From positions 27,438,150-27,502,149 of the forward strand of contig NC_134026.1 of NCBI RefSeq assembly GCF_964204645.1: 64,000 bases of DNA. Reading direction: 5' to 3'. The translations under genes were made by a program, and so were the position numbers. The stretch's first letter is position 1. Each line of letters starts with the position of its first letter. The notes beneath the pieces were generated by a model. It was not told the DNA's origin, did not search any database, and saw only the letters and a list, made by a program, of their open reading frames with translations. Source of the DNA: Tubulanus polymorphus. Its lineage: Eukaryota > Animalia > Nemertea. Of the stretch, positions 1 to 13,220 are shown one piece after another.

Positions 1-2492
1 TATCAATGATAAACAGTGCCTTCATTGGTACCGTATCATCTAAGATATGTATATCTCCACAACTTCCTCCACCGTCCGTTGAGTTTTTATCGTATGTTAC
101 TCCCAGCTCAGGTACTGTCTCCAGACAAAATACGATTATGGAAATCGTGATCAGTACGATAGTCAGCCAGGCATAAGCCTGAAAAATAAATCACACAAAA
201 TCATAATCTGAAAATACAATGTATACCGGTATATGAAAATACAAAATTACCAATTGGAAAATAATCGCAAACAGAATAATTAACTGTGGCATTTTTTTCA
301 AGATTAGTACGCTATAAATATAATGAGGGATTTTGGATTATTCAAATTCGACCTAAGTATGAATCATTTATGAATATAAACTGTATCTAGACCGCATTTA
401 AACAATCATTCAGATAAAGTATGAAGTCGCACATGTTATACGACTCTGAACTCAAAAATGAGAGGACTTGAGAGAATCAACCATTTTGTAGTTTTCACCA
501 GGTTTATTGACCAGTGAAAGTTGAATACCGCTTTGGATTTTTCTTCCAAGTTTTTCATTGATTGTTATGTTTTCGTGTATTTCACCTGGGCGACGGTACG
601 CGATATATTGACAAAAATTCAGTTTTTCTATCGATTCTCCCAACGTAATAAGATATCATTTGAATATTCATAAGAACTTATAGCACAAATTCCATATCGA
701 CATGTGTATATTCGAACAGACTGGATGGAGTTGATAAGGTATTACAGAGTTTTGCTGACTGTGTAGCTATGGCAACTTTCATCCTACCCGATACAACGTT
801 GTCAAGTTGAAGCTTCAATTATAGCTATGTTTTGAATCACTTCAAATGTTTAAAATAACTGAAGAACTCGATAAGAGGGTACATTGAGAGACGCCTTCTT
901 GAATGTCTATATTTAATACAGCACTCTATGCGGGACATCATCGGGATTTCCGGTGAAATTTCCATCAATAATATATGATTAAGCCAATTTCTTTTTTCTG
1001 AGGTGAAACATCGGCCGTTGTTCCATTGAACTATATACTTTTTCACACAAGTGAATCATTTTATGTTAATAGTTTCACGCATTTCTCATTTCGTCAATGA
1101 TACATATCGAAACATTTTCATAATTTATGCGAACGTAAACGTGATTCGGGCCATTTACATTTTAGAATCCCACTTATCATGAATTGTCTATTTTTGTTGG
1201 TCTCTTATCGAGAGGAGGGGTAGCCTTGTGCTACTTATCTTTTAGCTTTTTGACACCAAACCACATTACCAAGACAACATAATTACGGCACGAGCGTTTT
1301 CTGATGAAATCGGAAAAGTTATTGATCGCACATACGTTATGTATCGAAACAAATGGTGCTAATGCCACGCCACTTACACTGAATTTTCTAGTGGGTAGTT
1401 TTTTAAAACGTGTTTGTGAAGACATTGGTTATGTAAATGGCGTGACAGGATGAGCTTTTCATCTTTAGTTTCGCGATTTCACCCGAATCAAAATTAGATA
1501 GGTATTTTTGCGCACATATGAAGCTATCCGAATAATGAAAAAATACATGCTGCACAGAAAAAACTGCAAGTTTAAACTTGTGCAAAGAGCTCACGGCAAT
1601 TCTCACATGGTTTTTCTTTTTAAATTTTCTATAAGAAAAGATAAAGATGATTCCATGTAGAACAGAAGTTACATGCATTTAAAAATGTGCGAGCCAACGC
1701 CATTTAAAAGCAGTCAAGGTCAAGCTTAGATACATACCTTCGCCAATTTACTCATCTGGAAAATCAGAGGGATTTGTTTTTTGTGAGATGTTTTTATGAT
1801 ATTTAGAAAGTTCAAAAATTACAACATTTCCATCTTGATACTGATTTTTTGTTCGGTCGAGTTATATATATATATATATATATATATCAAAAAATCATTA
1901 AAATACATTCGCATGTGACTGAAACCATTCAGCAATAGAAGACCATGGTATCAATTTAATTATTTATGCGAAAACAGCTCATAGTTACTCAATATGTACG
2001 ACGCGACGAAAAACGATAGTAATTTTAATGAGTTTTTATCAATAATGAAGAGAGTTGATAATCTGATAATTTGAACGAGGTTTCGTAGTACATATTTGAT
2101 TGATATATTTGATTGATATCGTCCACTCTTTTACACACTACTTAAATAAGTCTACATAATTAGGTTCTTGGAAAGTCGTGATGCTATCTACTTCTAGCTT
2201 GAAGTGTCATATTCCCCGCTGATAGTCAACGTGCGCGAAAGAACTACGCAGATATTGTATGGAGAGATGTGGGATCTTAAACCAGCCAACCTGAAATCCC
2301 CTATAAAACTTCCAATTTGAAACCGAAACAATGTTAATCTCGGTAATACGTTCCAGCTGAAAATACATACATCTTTGAGATATGTATTTTTGATTGAAGT
2401 TAGCACAAAGATTAGAATGTTGAACTAAAATGTGATTTTAAAAGAGAACAAAAGTTGCAGGAAATAAAACTGTTATCTTGATATATAACGCT

Positions 2493-2559
<67 letters not shown>

Positions 2560-5500
2560 TGATGATGATATAACCTGGCCCACATTAAAATGCTAAGATT
2601 CGTGTTTGTGTTGTGTTATGTTTCTCAATTACGTAATTGATTTTTAATAACGATTTTGAATTTTCATAAGTGATTCATTTCCCCGGAATTATTTATTACT
2701 ATGCGAATAATTCATTTTAGCTACATTGAGTTGATGATGAGCGCGGTCATTGAATGAGATATATGACGTGGTTCGCTACGAAATAATAACTAGCAAAACT
2801 TATTCCAAAGATAAATCTCTCGTCAGATTTTTTTGTCATTTCACTGCTTGTTCATCGATTCTTTTAAAATCCAAACTAAAATCGGTCGTATCATCTTTCC
2901 TTGGACTTTATTATTTATCTCCAAATCTCTAGATCGAGCTTGCGGGTGATTCACGCACATTGCAATATGTTACAAAATACGCTAGAATATATCTATATAA
3001 TATTTAAGAAAACGATATCACGCTTTAATACGTATTGTGTACAGACGTCACTTCTCGTCTTACTAAAAGTCGATAGGCAGGTGCTGTCAACAAGGCTGAA
3101 CAACGGCTAGAACTATTTTTCGCCAAATGTCGTTACTGTACGATCAATTAATAGAAAATTACATTCTGTTCATTTCATAGAATTTTTCGTGAAAATCTGT
3201 TTATCATCCATTGAAAAAATAACTTTATGTGCCAAAAAGGGAACCTGATCACATTAATTAAACTTCATCGTTTATGAAATTATTGTGAAAGAACGAGCGG
3301 AAAGAAAGCGTGCTAAAAACGAGTCGCGCATTTCCGAATGAAACGATGAAAAGCGGATGTGTTTTACGTATTCCGAACAACAGTGAAATATCGAGTATAA
3401 ACTGAAACGTTCTCTCAACTTTCCCGCGCACAAATCTCACTGGTTGGTGCACATAAACTCACCTCTAGGAGAGAACTGCAGCTAGAAGCCATACGCTAAA
3501 TCGAAATTTTCTTTTGATAATTGAAATGTATATCAGATTTCTATGAAAATTATACAAATGAATCCCATTGTATCTGGGAGATTTATTTGGTATTGTATAA
3601 GGGAAACTCTCCAATTCCTTTCTCGAATGAACGATGGTTTGTAAAAACAGCGTTGTAAAAAACACCGCAGTTGCTTTCATATAGTACACGTGCGTATATC
3701 GCTAATTTTTCTGTGATGAACGTTTTTAAGAGTGATCTGGCTGAAACCATGATATGTTCAATGAACTAGATCGACTATTGTCACATATGTTCCAAGAAGA
3801 CTAGTGTCATAGAGTGAAGCTGTAGTGCCCAAACGCTGCATTGATGCCAGATCGTCTTCCCAGTACATTATTAATATATACCTAGCCCGACAGTCACATC
3901 TGTTTTTCAGCGCCAATTTAATGGATTTAAAATGCTTTATATGTATTATACATGCCAGCAATAAAATCTATCAAGAAAATGTAGATTCCCTGTGCGTGTG
4001 GTAATGGTGGGAGTGGTGGTGGGTGGTGGTTGTAGTGGTGAGGTGATATTGGTTTTTTTGGTGGTCCTCGTAATGGTAGTGGTGGGAGTGGTGATGGTCC
4101 TGTTAATGGTAGTGGTGATGGTCCTGGTAATGGTAGTGATGGGAGTGGTGATGGTCCTGTTGATGGTAGTGGTTATGGTCCTGGTAATGGCAGTGGTGGG
4201 AGTGGTGATGGTCCTGGTAATGGTAGTGGTGGGAGTGGTGATGGTCCTGTTAATGGTAGTGGTGATGGTCCTGGTAATGGTAGTGGTGATGGTCCTGGTA
4301 ATGGTAGTGGTGGGAGTAGTGATGGTCCTGTTAATGGTAGTGGTGATGGTCCTGGTAATGGTAGTGGTGGGAGTGGTGATGGTCCTGTTGATGGTAGTGG
4401 TTATGGTCCTGGTAATGGCAGTGGTGATGGTCCTGGTAATGGTAGTGGTGGGAGTGGTGATGGTCCTGGTAATTGAATGGTGGTAATGGTAGTGTCGGCG
4501 ATGTTGGTAAAAAAGATTCTCTTCGATTCAATATTGTGCGTTACTACTGGCATGTCCAAACATGTATAAGCCTACTCATTGGGCTATTTTCGGATGCGAC
4601 TAAAGCTGGAAAAATTGCGATAGGTTTCATTGAAATATACCTCTCTATGGCTGTCGTTTACAGCTGCCGACCCCTTTCTTCGGTCTAAGTTAATATATAA
4701 CGGACCATCCGATACTTAACATATGGTGATGTATATACCTTTACAGTTACTAATTTTCAGATGATTTGAGCTCGTGGACCATATAGTATTATAGGAACGA
4801 ATCACAATGCATTATTTGGATTTTTGGTTCGAAAAAAAACTATTTTCAATATGGAATTGGTTCCATCTATGTATGCAAATAAATGTTCGGCGTTGCCAGG
4901 ATACAGGATGCTTGACTAACCCAGATGTGATATATCTTATGTTTATCAATTCATCTAGTTTCATTTCAACTAGCATCATGATTTCAAATAAATTCATATA
5001 TAAAACAGCATATGGTTCGTCCTCAACGTGTGCTTGAAAAAAGACAAGTCTCAAAACTGCACTAGAACGTCACACTACGTATTCTGTCTGTCACCAACAT
5101 CGATATTTGCATTCAAGTTAAGAATAAGAAATACTACAGAATCTAGTGTTAGTTTTGACATGACATTAGAGCTTGGTGTCATTATGCTACCGGCTTGAGT
5201 GTTTGTTCTGGGGAACTTATAGCTCATTATTCTTGACAAATCTACGACGAGAACCGACATAGCGAATAGAAGCAGAGACATACTTTCGATAGAGCCAACA
5301 TTGAACACGAAACAGGCAAAGACAGAAAGGAATTGACATATATGCCAATAAAGAAATGGAAAGCAGGTGTTTGCAATGTGATTTGACTAAGTTGATTCTA
5401 TAAAATTGCGCGATATTACGTTTTTTACAGGTCAAGTTATACAGCATGATATTTTTCGTGCAGAAAGAAGCAATCTATGTTTTCATTGAATTTTCCAAAA

Positions 5501-6312
5501 CAGCATAGTTTTCATGTTTTCATTCGGCTGATTAAATGAGGAGTTGTTTTCAGTGCACTTGCGCATATGAATGTCGGCCGGGATTTAATAGCAGTTCGTT
5601 AAAACATACTCGAAGCAACAGTCGCAATAAGCTGAGAGATATTTCTGGACATGAAATTGCAAAGAAAATATAGTTGTTGCGAAACGACACGTTATGTAAT
5701 TTCCGTGTATCTTCCGTGTGACGAGGTAGAAGCATTTAAAAATGTACTGATTGTACTTTTCGGAATGAAATATACATGCATGATGTTTACACATTTATAT
5801 ACCTTGGCAGTCCCTGATGAATTCGGGTCTTCCATGAAGTTCCAGATTTTACGAAAATTTCTCTGTGTCGTTGTTGCATATGTGTCTGCCAATATAAGTG
5901 CGTCTCGGTCCGCAGCCGACGATTCGTCGAACTTGGCAACAATACCTTGAGTGTCCATTTCTGCACTGTATCCAACCCAGCAACAGGGCTCAATAGCCTG
6001 GTCTGGTATCCCGTAATATTCTAACTCATGTTTCAACGAACTGCCGCACAGATCTTTCGGGAGATGTAACTCTTTAGTACGATAATAGTTAAGTATCGCA
6101 TCGAACAAACCAGGATGACGATCTATGAATATTTCTCGACAATTTTTCGCCTTCGGATGTTCAATTATATGATACAATTTAGTCCCAGGCATCCGTAGTA
6201 TAGTCGAACGGAGTGTCTGAAATATCACTCCACTGACGTTGAAAGATACTGTTTCCACTTCGTCCACTAAGTTCGCATTTTTTTGAAAATAAACAACGGA
6301 ATGATCGGCCAT
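1..6312 (-). CDS. Shaw: Voltage-gated potassium channel, Shaw/Kv3-like; partial (exon 1 6312-5803 T1/BTB domain; exon 2 178-<1 S1 to start of S2)
   Basis: Exon 1 encodes FNVSG..FQT...DRHPGLFDAILNYYRT.ELHLPKDLCG...ELEYYG...EPCCW with the HX5CX20CC zinc motif of non-Shaker Kv T1 domains, then IWNFMEDPNSS and donor AAG|GTATAT. Acceptor ttttcag at 179-180 resumes in phase 0 with AYAWLTIVLITISIIVFCLETVPEL (S1). Confidence 0.92.
1863..1887. repeat. (TA)n microsatellite
   Basis: TA dinucleotide run seen directly. Confidence 0.9.
2493..2568. repeat. Compound (GAT)n/(GATGAC)n microsatellite
   Basis: Seen directly; lies in the Kv intron. Confidence 0.95.
4000..4495. repeat. G/T-rich minisatellite of mixed 24-nt and 33-nt units
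   Basis: Units ggtcctggtaatggtagtggtgat and ggtcctggtaatggtagtggtgggagtggtgat with point variants. Confidence 0.95.
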
Positions 6313-8287
6313 CGTTCAGTTTTTAATTCATTACAAAGCACGCGCGAACTTAAGATAATCTAAATTAAGAGGTAAAGACTTCTCTCCTCTGCTGGCGGCA
6401 GCAGAACGTCTGCTGTCCCATCGATCAACCGTACTGGTTTTCGCTGAAACAGGCGGAGCACATGCACACACACACGCATAAAATGTAATATATCATATAA
6501 ATATATGTATATTTGTACCATGAATAGCAAAACCGTTCCATGTGAGTGAGTCACATCATTTTTTCATCATAAGCAATATACACTTTTGGTCAGTGTACTT
6601 TATTAAATGTACGCGCGAATGCCTGCGCGGTATAATGTGTATTACTTTCCTGATGATTATCGGAAAAATTGAATGAACAAATAAAAAAGTTCTACCTTTA
6701 CATAGGCTATAGTCCGTAAGGCTTTTAAAATTCTAAATTGGATATGCAGAATACATATTTTGGGATAGAGCGAGCAAATTTATCGTTATGTGTAATTTTG
6801 TGTTTAAGATGAGATGTAAGGCAAATCATTATCAGTCCACTGATTTCACATATATATTGCGCCTTGCCCCGCCGTACACAAGCGAAAATTACGTACACGA
6901 ATTCCGTACGCTTAACGCTTGGGAGGATTGAGCACCCACAACTGGCGAAAAACGCGCTAAAGAGCAGCAGCAAGGTACATTCTCATCGAAAATACGAACC
7001 TATTCGCCTTGTATATCTTTGCACTTCTCACAATTCACTGTTCCCGGTAAAACGTCACGAGTAGGCTGTTAAACTTGGCCGTTAATCGGAGCATTTGGTG
7101 TTTGGTTCACCAAGAACCTTAGTGTCTGATGTTACACAGGATCGTAGAGCAACGTAGATACACTGTGGAGACAGCCACACTGCCAGGACTGGGTGAAGTG
7201 TTTGGTTGAGAAGGGAGGGTATCTCTTCATTTCGGTTTTTAAGTAGGTCAGGTTTGAATCCCAACTTCCCGGGTTTACACACGTCCCATCAACGAACCAT
7301 ATAGCAGAGGATGTTTCTTTTAATCTTTTTCATTTGATTATATTTTTAATAGTTAACCGGCTACCCTGAAAGGGTTAAGTTCGCAAAAGTTCGTAAAATT
7401 CACAAATATTTCTTCAATACATTATTACAGATGTCTGTTCATATAATCATATTTCGTTTTTGTTAACAATCAAATACCCTTGCAGTTGTAACCACCCGAC
7501 TTAGGCCGTAATTTTCTGTTTATTTATAGCCTTCATCCATGAAATTGTCACAAAAATCTATAAATCTATCATTCCGCAAACCCACCACAAAGTAATCGTT
7601 TCTGGAGGTGACAAACAACAAAACTAATTCGCTTAACAAATTGATTTAGCCCTTTCGTAATCAATAGGTGATCATCCAAGTATCAAGTTCGTGTCGTTGG
7701 ACCGAAAATTTCATCATCCAACAAGTTATTGATTTTTGGATCAATAACAAATCGATAGGATCTGTAGAACCTTCCTAACTTTCGAAATGATATGTTATTT
7801 TAGATGCTTAATGATTCAGTATTTTGAAAAAATACCGGTAGGTTACGTACGTACATAGTTTAACGTTATATATTACTTTTATCAGTTCCAATTTACAACA
7901 AAACGTATTGTATGCTGTATATCATTACTGACTGGCATTTTTAAAAGTTACGAAATGTTACTCATTTGAGACAGAGATCCAAAACTAGATATTTGCTTCA
8001 TGCTCTCGCTAAACCTGTATACAAATATAAATATATACTTCAATTTTTCCCAGTCTACATTCTTCATGTCGATTGTATTTGCATGCCCAATAATATTTCT
8101 ATTCTGATACAGAAGCTCGCAAAGTAATTAAATTCGGTTAATTAGAATACGTTACGTGTAATTGATTTCAACCTAAAGGGGCGTGACACTTATTGAACGA
8201 GGATCATTCAGTAATATAATGTTGGTTAATGAATAGCGGCCGGCATATCGGTTTAGAAAACTCACCAAAAGTGAGCTTGACACGTAT

Positions 8288-8630
8288 GGGTACCCGCAGT
8301 GGTGGCAATCGACGATTCCACGTATGGCAGGCGAGGATCCGCCAGGTTCGCTAGTAGATAGTTGATCGACCGCGTTCGATTTCTTCTACATTTCAATCAA
8401 ATCTGAATGAACTTTTCTCTTAAAAGAATGAATTATTTATGAAAACTATAAGATATCCGAGTAGAAGAATGAAAGTATTGTATGTTTGGTGGGTGCTGTG
8501 ATAATATATGGATTCAGGAGTCATAATCCAGTTTAAAGTTCAATATCCAGTTTAAAGTAAACTAATTTTGACAACGTGTTACTGCTCGTTACGCTATCTG
8601 GCGGTGGGATAGCTGGCTTTGCGGGTACCC
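8288..8630. mobile_element. Possible MITE (~340 bp)
   Basis: 11-bp inverted repeat gggtacccgca (8288-8298) / tgcgggtaccc (8620-8630), with an inner ccgccag/ctggcgg pair and an AT-rich non-coding interior. Confidence 0.4.
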
Positions 8631-9189
8631 CATTCGAAGTATTCGCCCTAGAAAGAATATTTCGTCAAATGTTGAAATTGAATAAGTAGAACATAACTCT
8701 CTAATCGAATGTTGGTTATTACACTGCAGATTCACATCTGTTGACTTTCTGCGGTAAATATTCTACTCAAGAGTTTAATTATTGATAGGTTATATTGACG
8801 CAGATGAGCATTTACTGAATTCAGTCCACTTTAATTATGATTCGCGTTTATCATTGTTTCATGACAATGATTTTATACAAATAATACATGTATAAAGTTA
8901 TACTATTCCTTCATAATCTTTATCTACCATATACGGATACATCAATAGGCGAGTCAAGTTCAATGAATCATTATCTTAGAAATTTTCAGATGCATTGACA
9001 AGAAAATTAATCGGAAGCTTTTAGCCTAGCTGTTTTGTCAATAATCGTGTATTATCATCAATAACCGTTGCGCCATCTTTACGAAGAAGATCAAACTATT
9101 AACGTTTTTCGAGTCGCGCATTCTCTGCGTGTCATATCAAACATTTCTTTGATATTTGGTTTTCCTTGCAGAATTCAATGATCTGATTA

Positions 9190-9197
<8 letters not shown>

Positions 9198-9248
<51 letters not shown>
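9198..9248. repeat. (TA)n microsatellite
   Basis: Seen directly. Confidence 0.95.
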
Positions 9249-9249
<1 letters not shown>

Positions 9250-9415
9250 TTTATTCACACTAAGACAGAGAAATGGATAATATGATGACGATGTCTGACG
9301 ATGAACTTTTTATATTTTTATAAATTTTCATCATATTATCCATTTCTCTGTCTTGTTTAACTTTGTTGACGTATCACTAAAATGTTTTATTGTAAAATTT
9401 ATTAGTGTGAATAAA

Positions 9416-9416
<1 letters not shown>
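9249..9416. mobile_element. Foldback/MITE-like element inserted in a (TA)n tract
   Basis: Perfect 15-bp terminal inverted repeat ctttattcacactaa / ttagtgtgaataaag, plus a perfect 27-bp inner inverted repeat (9262-9288 vs 9328-9354). TA arrays flank both sides. Confidence 0.7.
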
Positions 9417-9743
<327 letters not shown>

Positions 9744-10314
9744 CCGATCGCGAGGTATCAGCATTTATCGAACGAACGAACGAAGGACATAAAATATTAA
9801 ACACGATATGAATGGGACATTGTTTACTTTCCTCGTTCTCTGTCCTCGATGTTGTGACATTCTAGATACCGGTATGTAGGCATACTGATTGTCAGTTGCG
9901 TATATACAGAAAGTGTTGTCACAACACAAGCACTTAACAGTATCTTCTTACCTAAAACTAGTTGGGACTGTGAGTGCTAAAAAAGGTAGGATCTAATAAC
10001 GTAATTTCTTCAACTTATGTATACGAGATTGAAAAGGATCAAGGGTAAAATTTTCGAGACAAAATGGATTTGTTTCTGCATAATTTCTTTACACTGGGTG
10101 CTTCTCGTGAGATAAGATGATATATATGTTATCGTGTCTAAGTGGAAAAAAAACTTTAGGAAAGGAAATCAACTCAAATATATATCGACGTATATACATG
10201 TATCATAAGAAATTTATAAAGAAATCGTAAATATATTCTGATTCCAAGGGATTTACGGAATCCATAAATTTGTAATTCCGAAACAAGATTCTACACTATT
10301 TTAACAAGAACATA

Positions 10315-10400
10315 ACAGTGAAATCTCGCTACAACGAAACTTAGGGGTCCGGGAAATATCTTCTTTATAAATGATAGTTCATTATATCCAGCATGAAGTA
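10315..10400. mobile_element. Degenerate Tc1/mariner-type MITE end
   Basis: acagtgaaatctcgctacaacgaaac resembles the CAGTGAAACCTCG..ATAACGAA termini of pogo/Tigger-like MITEs. I found no clear partner end. Confidence 0.35.
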
Positions 10401-11108
10401 TATCGCATATAAAGTTTTCCCATTCGCTTGAATAGAAATCCAATGTATTTGTTGGTAACACCTCAATATAGGCCATAATAGTTGAAAAATACTTATGTTG
10501 ATATAATGTGTCCAGCACAAGAATCTTGACCTATTTTCTATGATCGTTTCATATTCATGTTGTAATCCATTTTGCATAGATTTTTCAACCAAATATAAAC
10601 TCTTCTTGTTTGTTAAAGTAAGTTTGCTATGAACTTTTTACATTAAGAAATGCTATATTTACAGACCTATAGTTTCTTTCTCAAATTCATTTTTCTTTTG
10701 ATGTGCACCAATAAATCATTTATATCATATTGTAATATAATGTGGCTAAAACACCTGCACTGAACTGGTTTGTGAATAAATGAAAAAAATTGCGGTATTA
10801 GCACATGCAGTCATTTCGAATGATGGAAATATCACTTAGCCCTCGAGCGTGGTCAGCTGCTATTGAAAGGGTCGGTTTATTGGGGGATGGAATTGGCGAT
10901 AACCAGTGAGTATATGCTCGAAAGCAGAAGGCCTGTAAACTACAGTCATCACGACATTCAGCATTTCCTATTTGCGTCCGAATGCCGACATATCAGTCGT
11001 GTATAGAATCTCGTAGCAGTGTTGATTATCATGACAGACGAATAAACGATTGAATCTAAGCATAATGCATTTGATATTTTCAGATACGATTTTCGGCTGC
11101 AACCAAAG

Positions 11109-13220
11109 ATGTCTAAATGTGGCCGATGCTGTTCCCGGATTCCATGGGCAACACTTTTCGCGATCATACTGAATATTTGCGGGCTTATTGCGTTCACAAC
11201 AGCGCTGTTTAATATATTAGAGACAGTTCAGGATTTGATGGGTATCAACTTGTACGTAAAATATCATCTTACAGATTGTAAGCCGCCTATAAAGACATAA
11301 ATTCAATCATAACAACCTTTTTGTTAAATTGAAGCCCTTTAGGCCTATGTTGTTGTTAGAGTCATTTAAATTATCAACTAAATTAAGAATTATCATATCC
11401 GCTGCATTTACAGAAAATCCAATTCGGATTCATCCTTCATTTCTTCATTTCGTTTCCTTGAAATACTTACTAGTTTTGAATGAATTTCTCTATTTATACG
11501 AATTGAATCCTAAGGATTGTTTTATATTATAGGAATGCTACTTATGTGGTATCTGGTATATGGATAGTGATGATTATCATTGATATTTGGTTTTTTATAA
11601 TCGCTATCCCCTTCACCGGAAGCACCAGGGATGATTGCTGCAAACAAGCGGCAGGTGCTTGTTTCGGAAGATGTTGTATAACATTGGTAAGAAAAATACG
11701 GCGCAGAAGGGACATTGGAATTGTTCGCATCTCGGACACACGGTATCTTTTTTACTGCCTGTCAAAAATAGAATTGATATCTGAACATTCAGAACCCAGT
11801 TCCTCAGTTGTGAGTTAAGAGTAAACTCATTGAAAATGAACTAATTTTACTCCGAGTTAACTCTAAGTCATGACTGTGTAACTGGATCCTGTGTTTTACG
11901 AAAAGTACCAACTTACCATTTCAAGGTGCGATCTTTAGATATCGGTGACAATTGCATTACCTGTTCGGCGCTTCGCTAAACCATTGGATCTTAGTAAAAA
12001 TTTTGATTTGAATATGTTCAAACGCATTCAAATTAATATGTAAATTGATGCTAATGTGGTCTTTTTAGCCTTCGCTTTTTCGTGTTTTTTTCTGACCGTA
12101 GAGAAATCACATTGCACGAGATTATATCAATTACATTGAATATAGTTACCATTTTGTATGAGCTTGGTAAAAGTTTTCTAATCTAAAGCGAATCAAAACG
12201 CATTTTAATCAAGCGACACTGTTGATCATTTCAACATGATACGATTGAAAACTTAACGTATAGAATTGTGCAGTCACAAGAATACAGCTAAAAGATGAAA
12301 TGATAATTCCAGTGGTCATTGCAGTAATTATTTCGTTATATACATGTATTGCCACATATGAAGCTTTGATCCGTATCACTGACTGACATCTGACAGTCAA
12401 GAACGACATGAACGTAAGTTAGTGGAAATTTGTAGTGATCAACGGAATCCAGCGCCTGGTTGTTCGGTAATAACGGGAGTAGATCAAATCTCTGGATGAA
12501 ATACGGGATCTACGTTACGGATTAAAACATCAGATCATATACTTAATGTATTCGTAATACGAATGAGAATCTTTTTTTTTCAGAATATAGTAGTGGCTTT
12601 TCTGCTGAATTTGTGCTGGGTAATATTTTCATGCTTGTTATCAGTTGTCGTTGTGTTACTACTGGGTACAACAATTCTATGCAAAGCAGCCGAACGGCTT
12701 GGAAAAGATGCATGTGCCGTTCTTAACGATTTAAGTAAGTCAGGTGATCGAATCGATAATCTCTATATTATTTGTTCATAGAAACCGAAAATATTTGTTT
12801 ATGATCATTTGTAGAAGTATTATATTTTAACGGAACAACCGGAGCATGTGAGGGTCGAGGTGTTTGTATCAAGGTAAGCACGGGATACAAGAAATGATGA
12901 ATGACAAGATTATGAAAATATAATAATTTGAAATCATCAGTAAATGAAAATTTGCTTACAGATTGAAGAGACATGGGGTTCGAGTCTTGGCACGTTTGTT
13001 GGATCTTTAGTGATTTGCATGAGCATGGTAAGATCGATTATTATTGTGTATGAAATATATGGGACTAAAAGCCCAGTTTAACTTTCAACTTTGTCGATAA
13101 TTTCAGGTAATTTTTGTAATGACGCTGAGTGCAAATTTTACACATTTAGAGCACAGGATCAAAGACTCGAAAAGAGATAAATTCCACGATGAAAATGGAA
13201 CAGAAATGTCCAACATGTGA
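11109..13220 (+). CDS. M6: Proteolipid protein family (M6/GPM6/PLP-DM20-like) tetraspan; exons 11109-11251, 11533-11686, 12584-12734, 12815-12873, 12962-13027, 13107-13220
   Basis: All six exons join in frame through GT-AG introns. Family motifs: CCSRIPWATLFAIIL, FTGSTR...GRCC, FLLNLCW, Cys-containing second extracellular loop, and C-terminal VMTLSANFTHL. Confidence 0.85.
11791..11890. mobile_element. Short palindromic MITE in M6 intron 2
   Basis: Left arm agaacccagttcctcagttgtgagttaagagtaaactc matches the reverse complement of the right arm (aggatccagttacacagtcatgacttagagttaactc) with some mismatches. Confidence 0.6.

Noticed and set aside
3992-4486. 164-aa Val/Met-rich ORF and His-rich antisense ORF
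   Set aside because: Artefacts of the minisatellite; non-ATG starts and no supporting splice structure.
4000-4495. Possible CRISPR-like array
   Set aside because: Contiguous tandem units with no unique spacers, no cas genes, and a eukaryotic context.
7240-7275. ggtttgaatccc resembling a tRNA/SINE B box
   Set aside because: I could not build a cloverleaf or find a convincing A box; at most a decayed SINE fragment.
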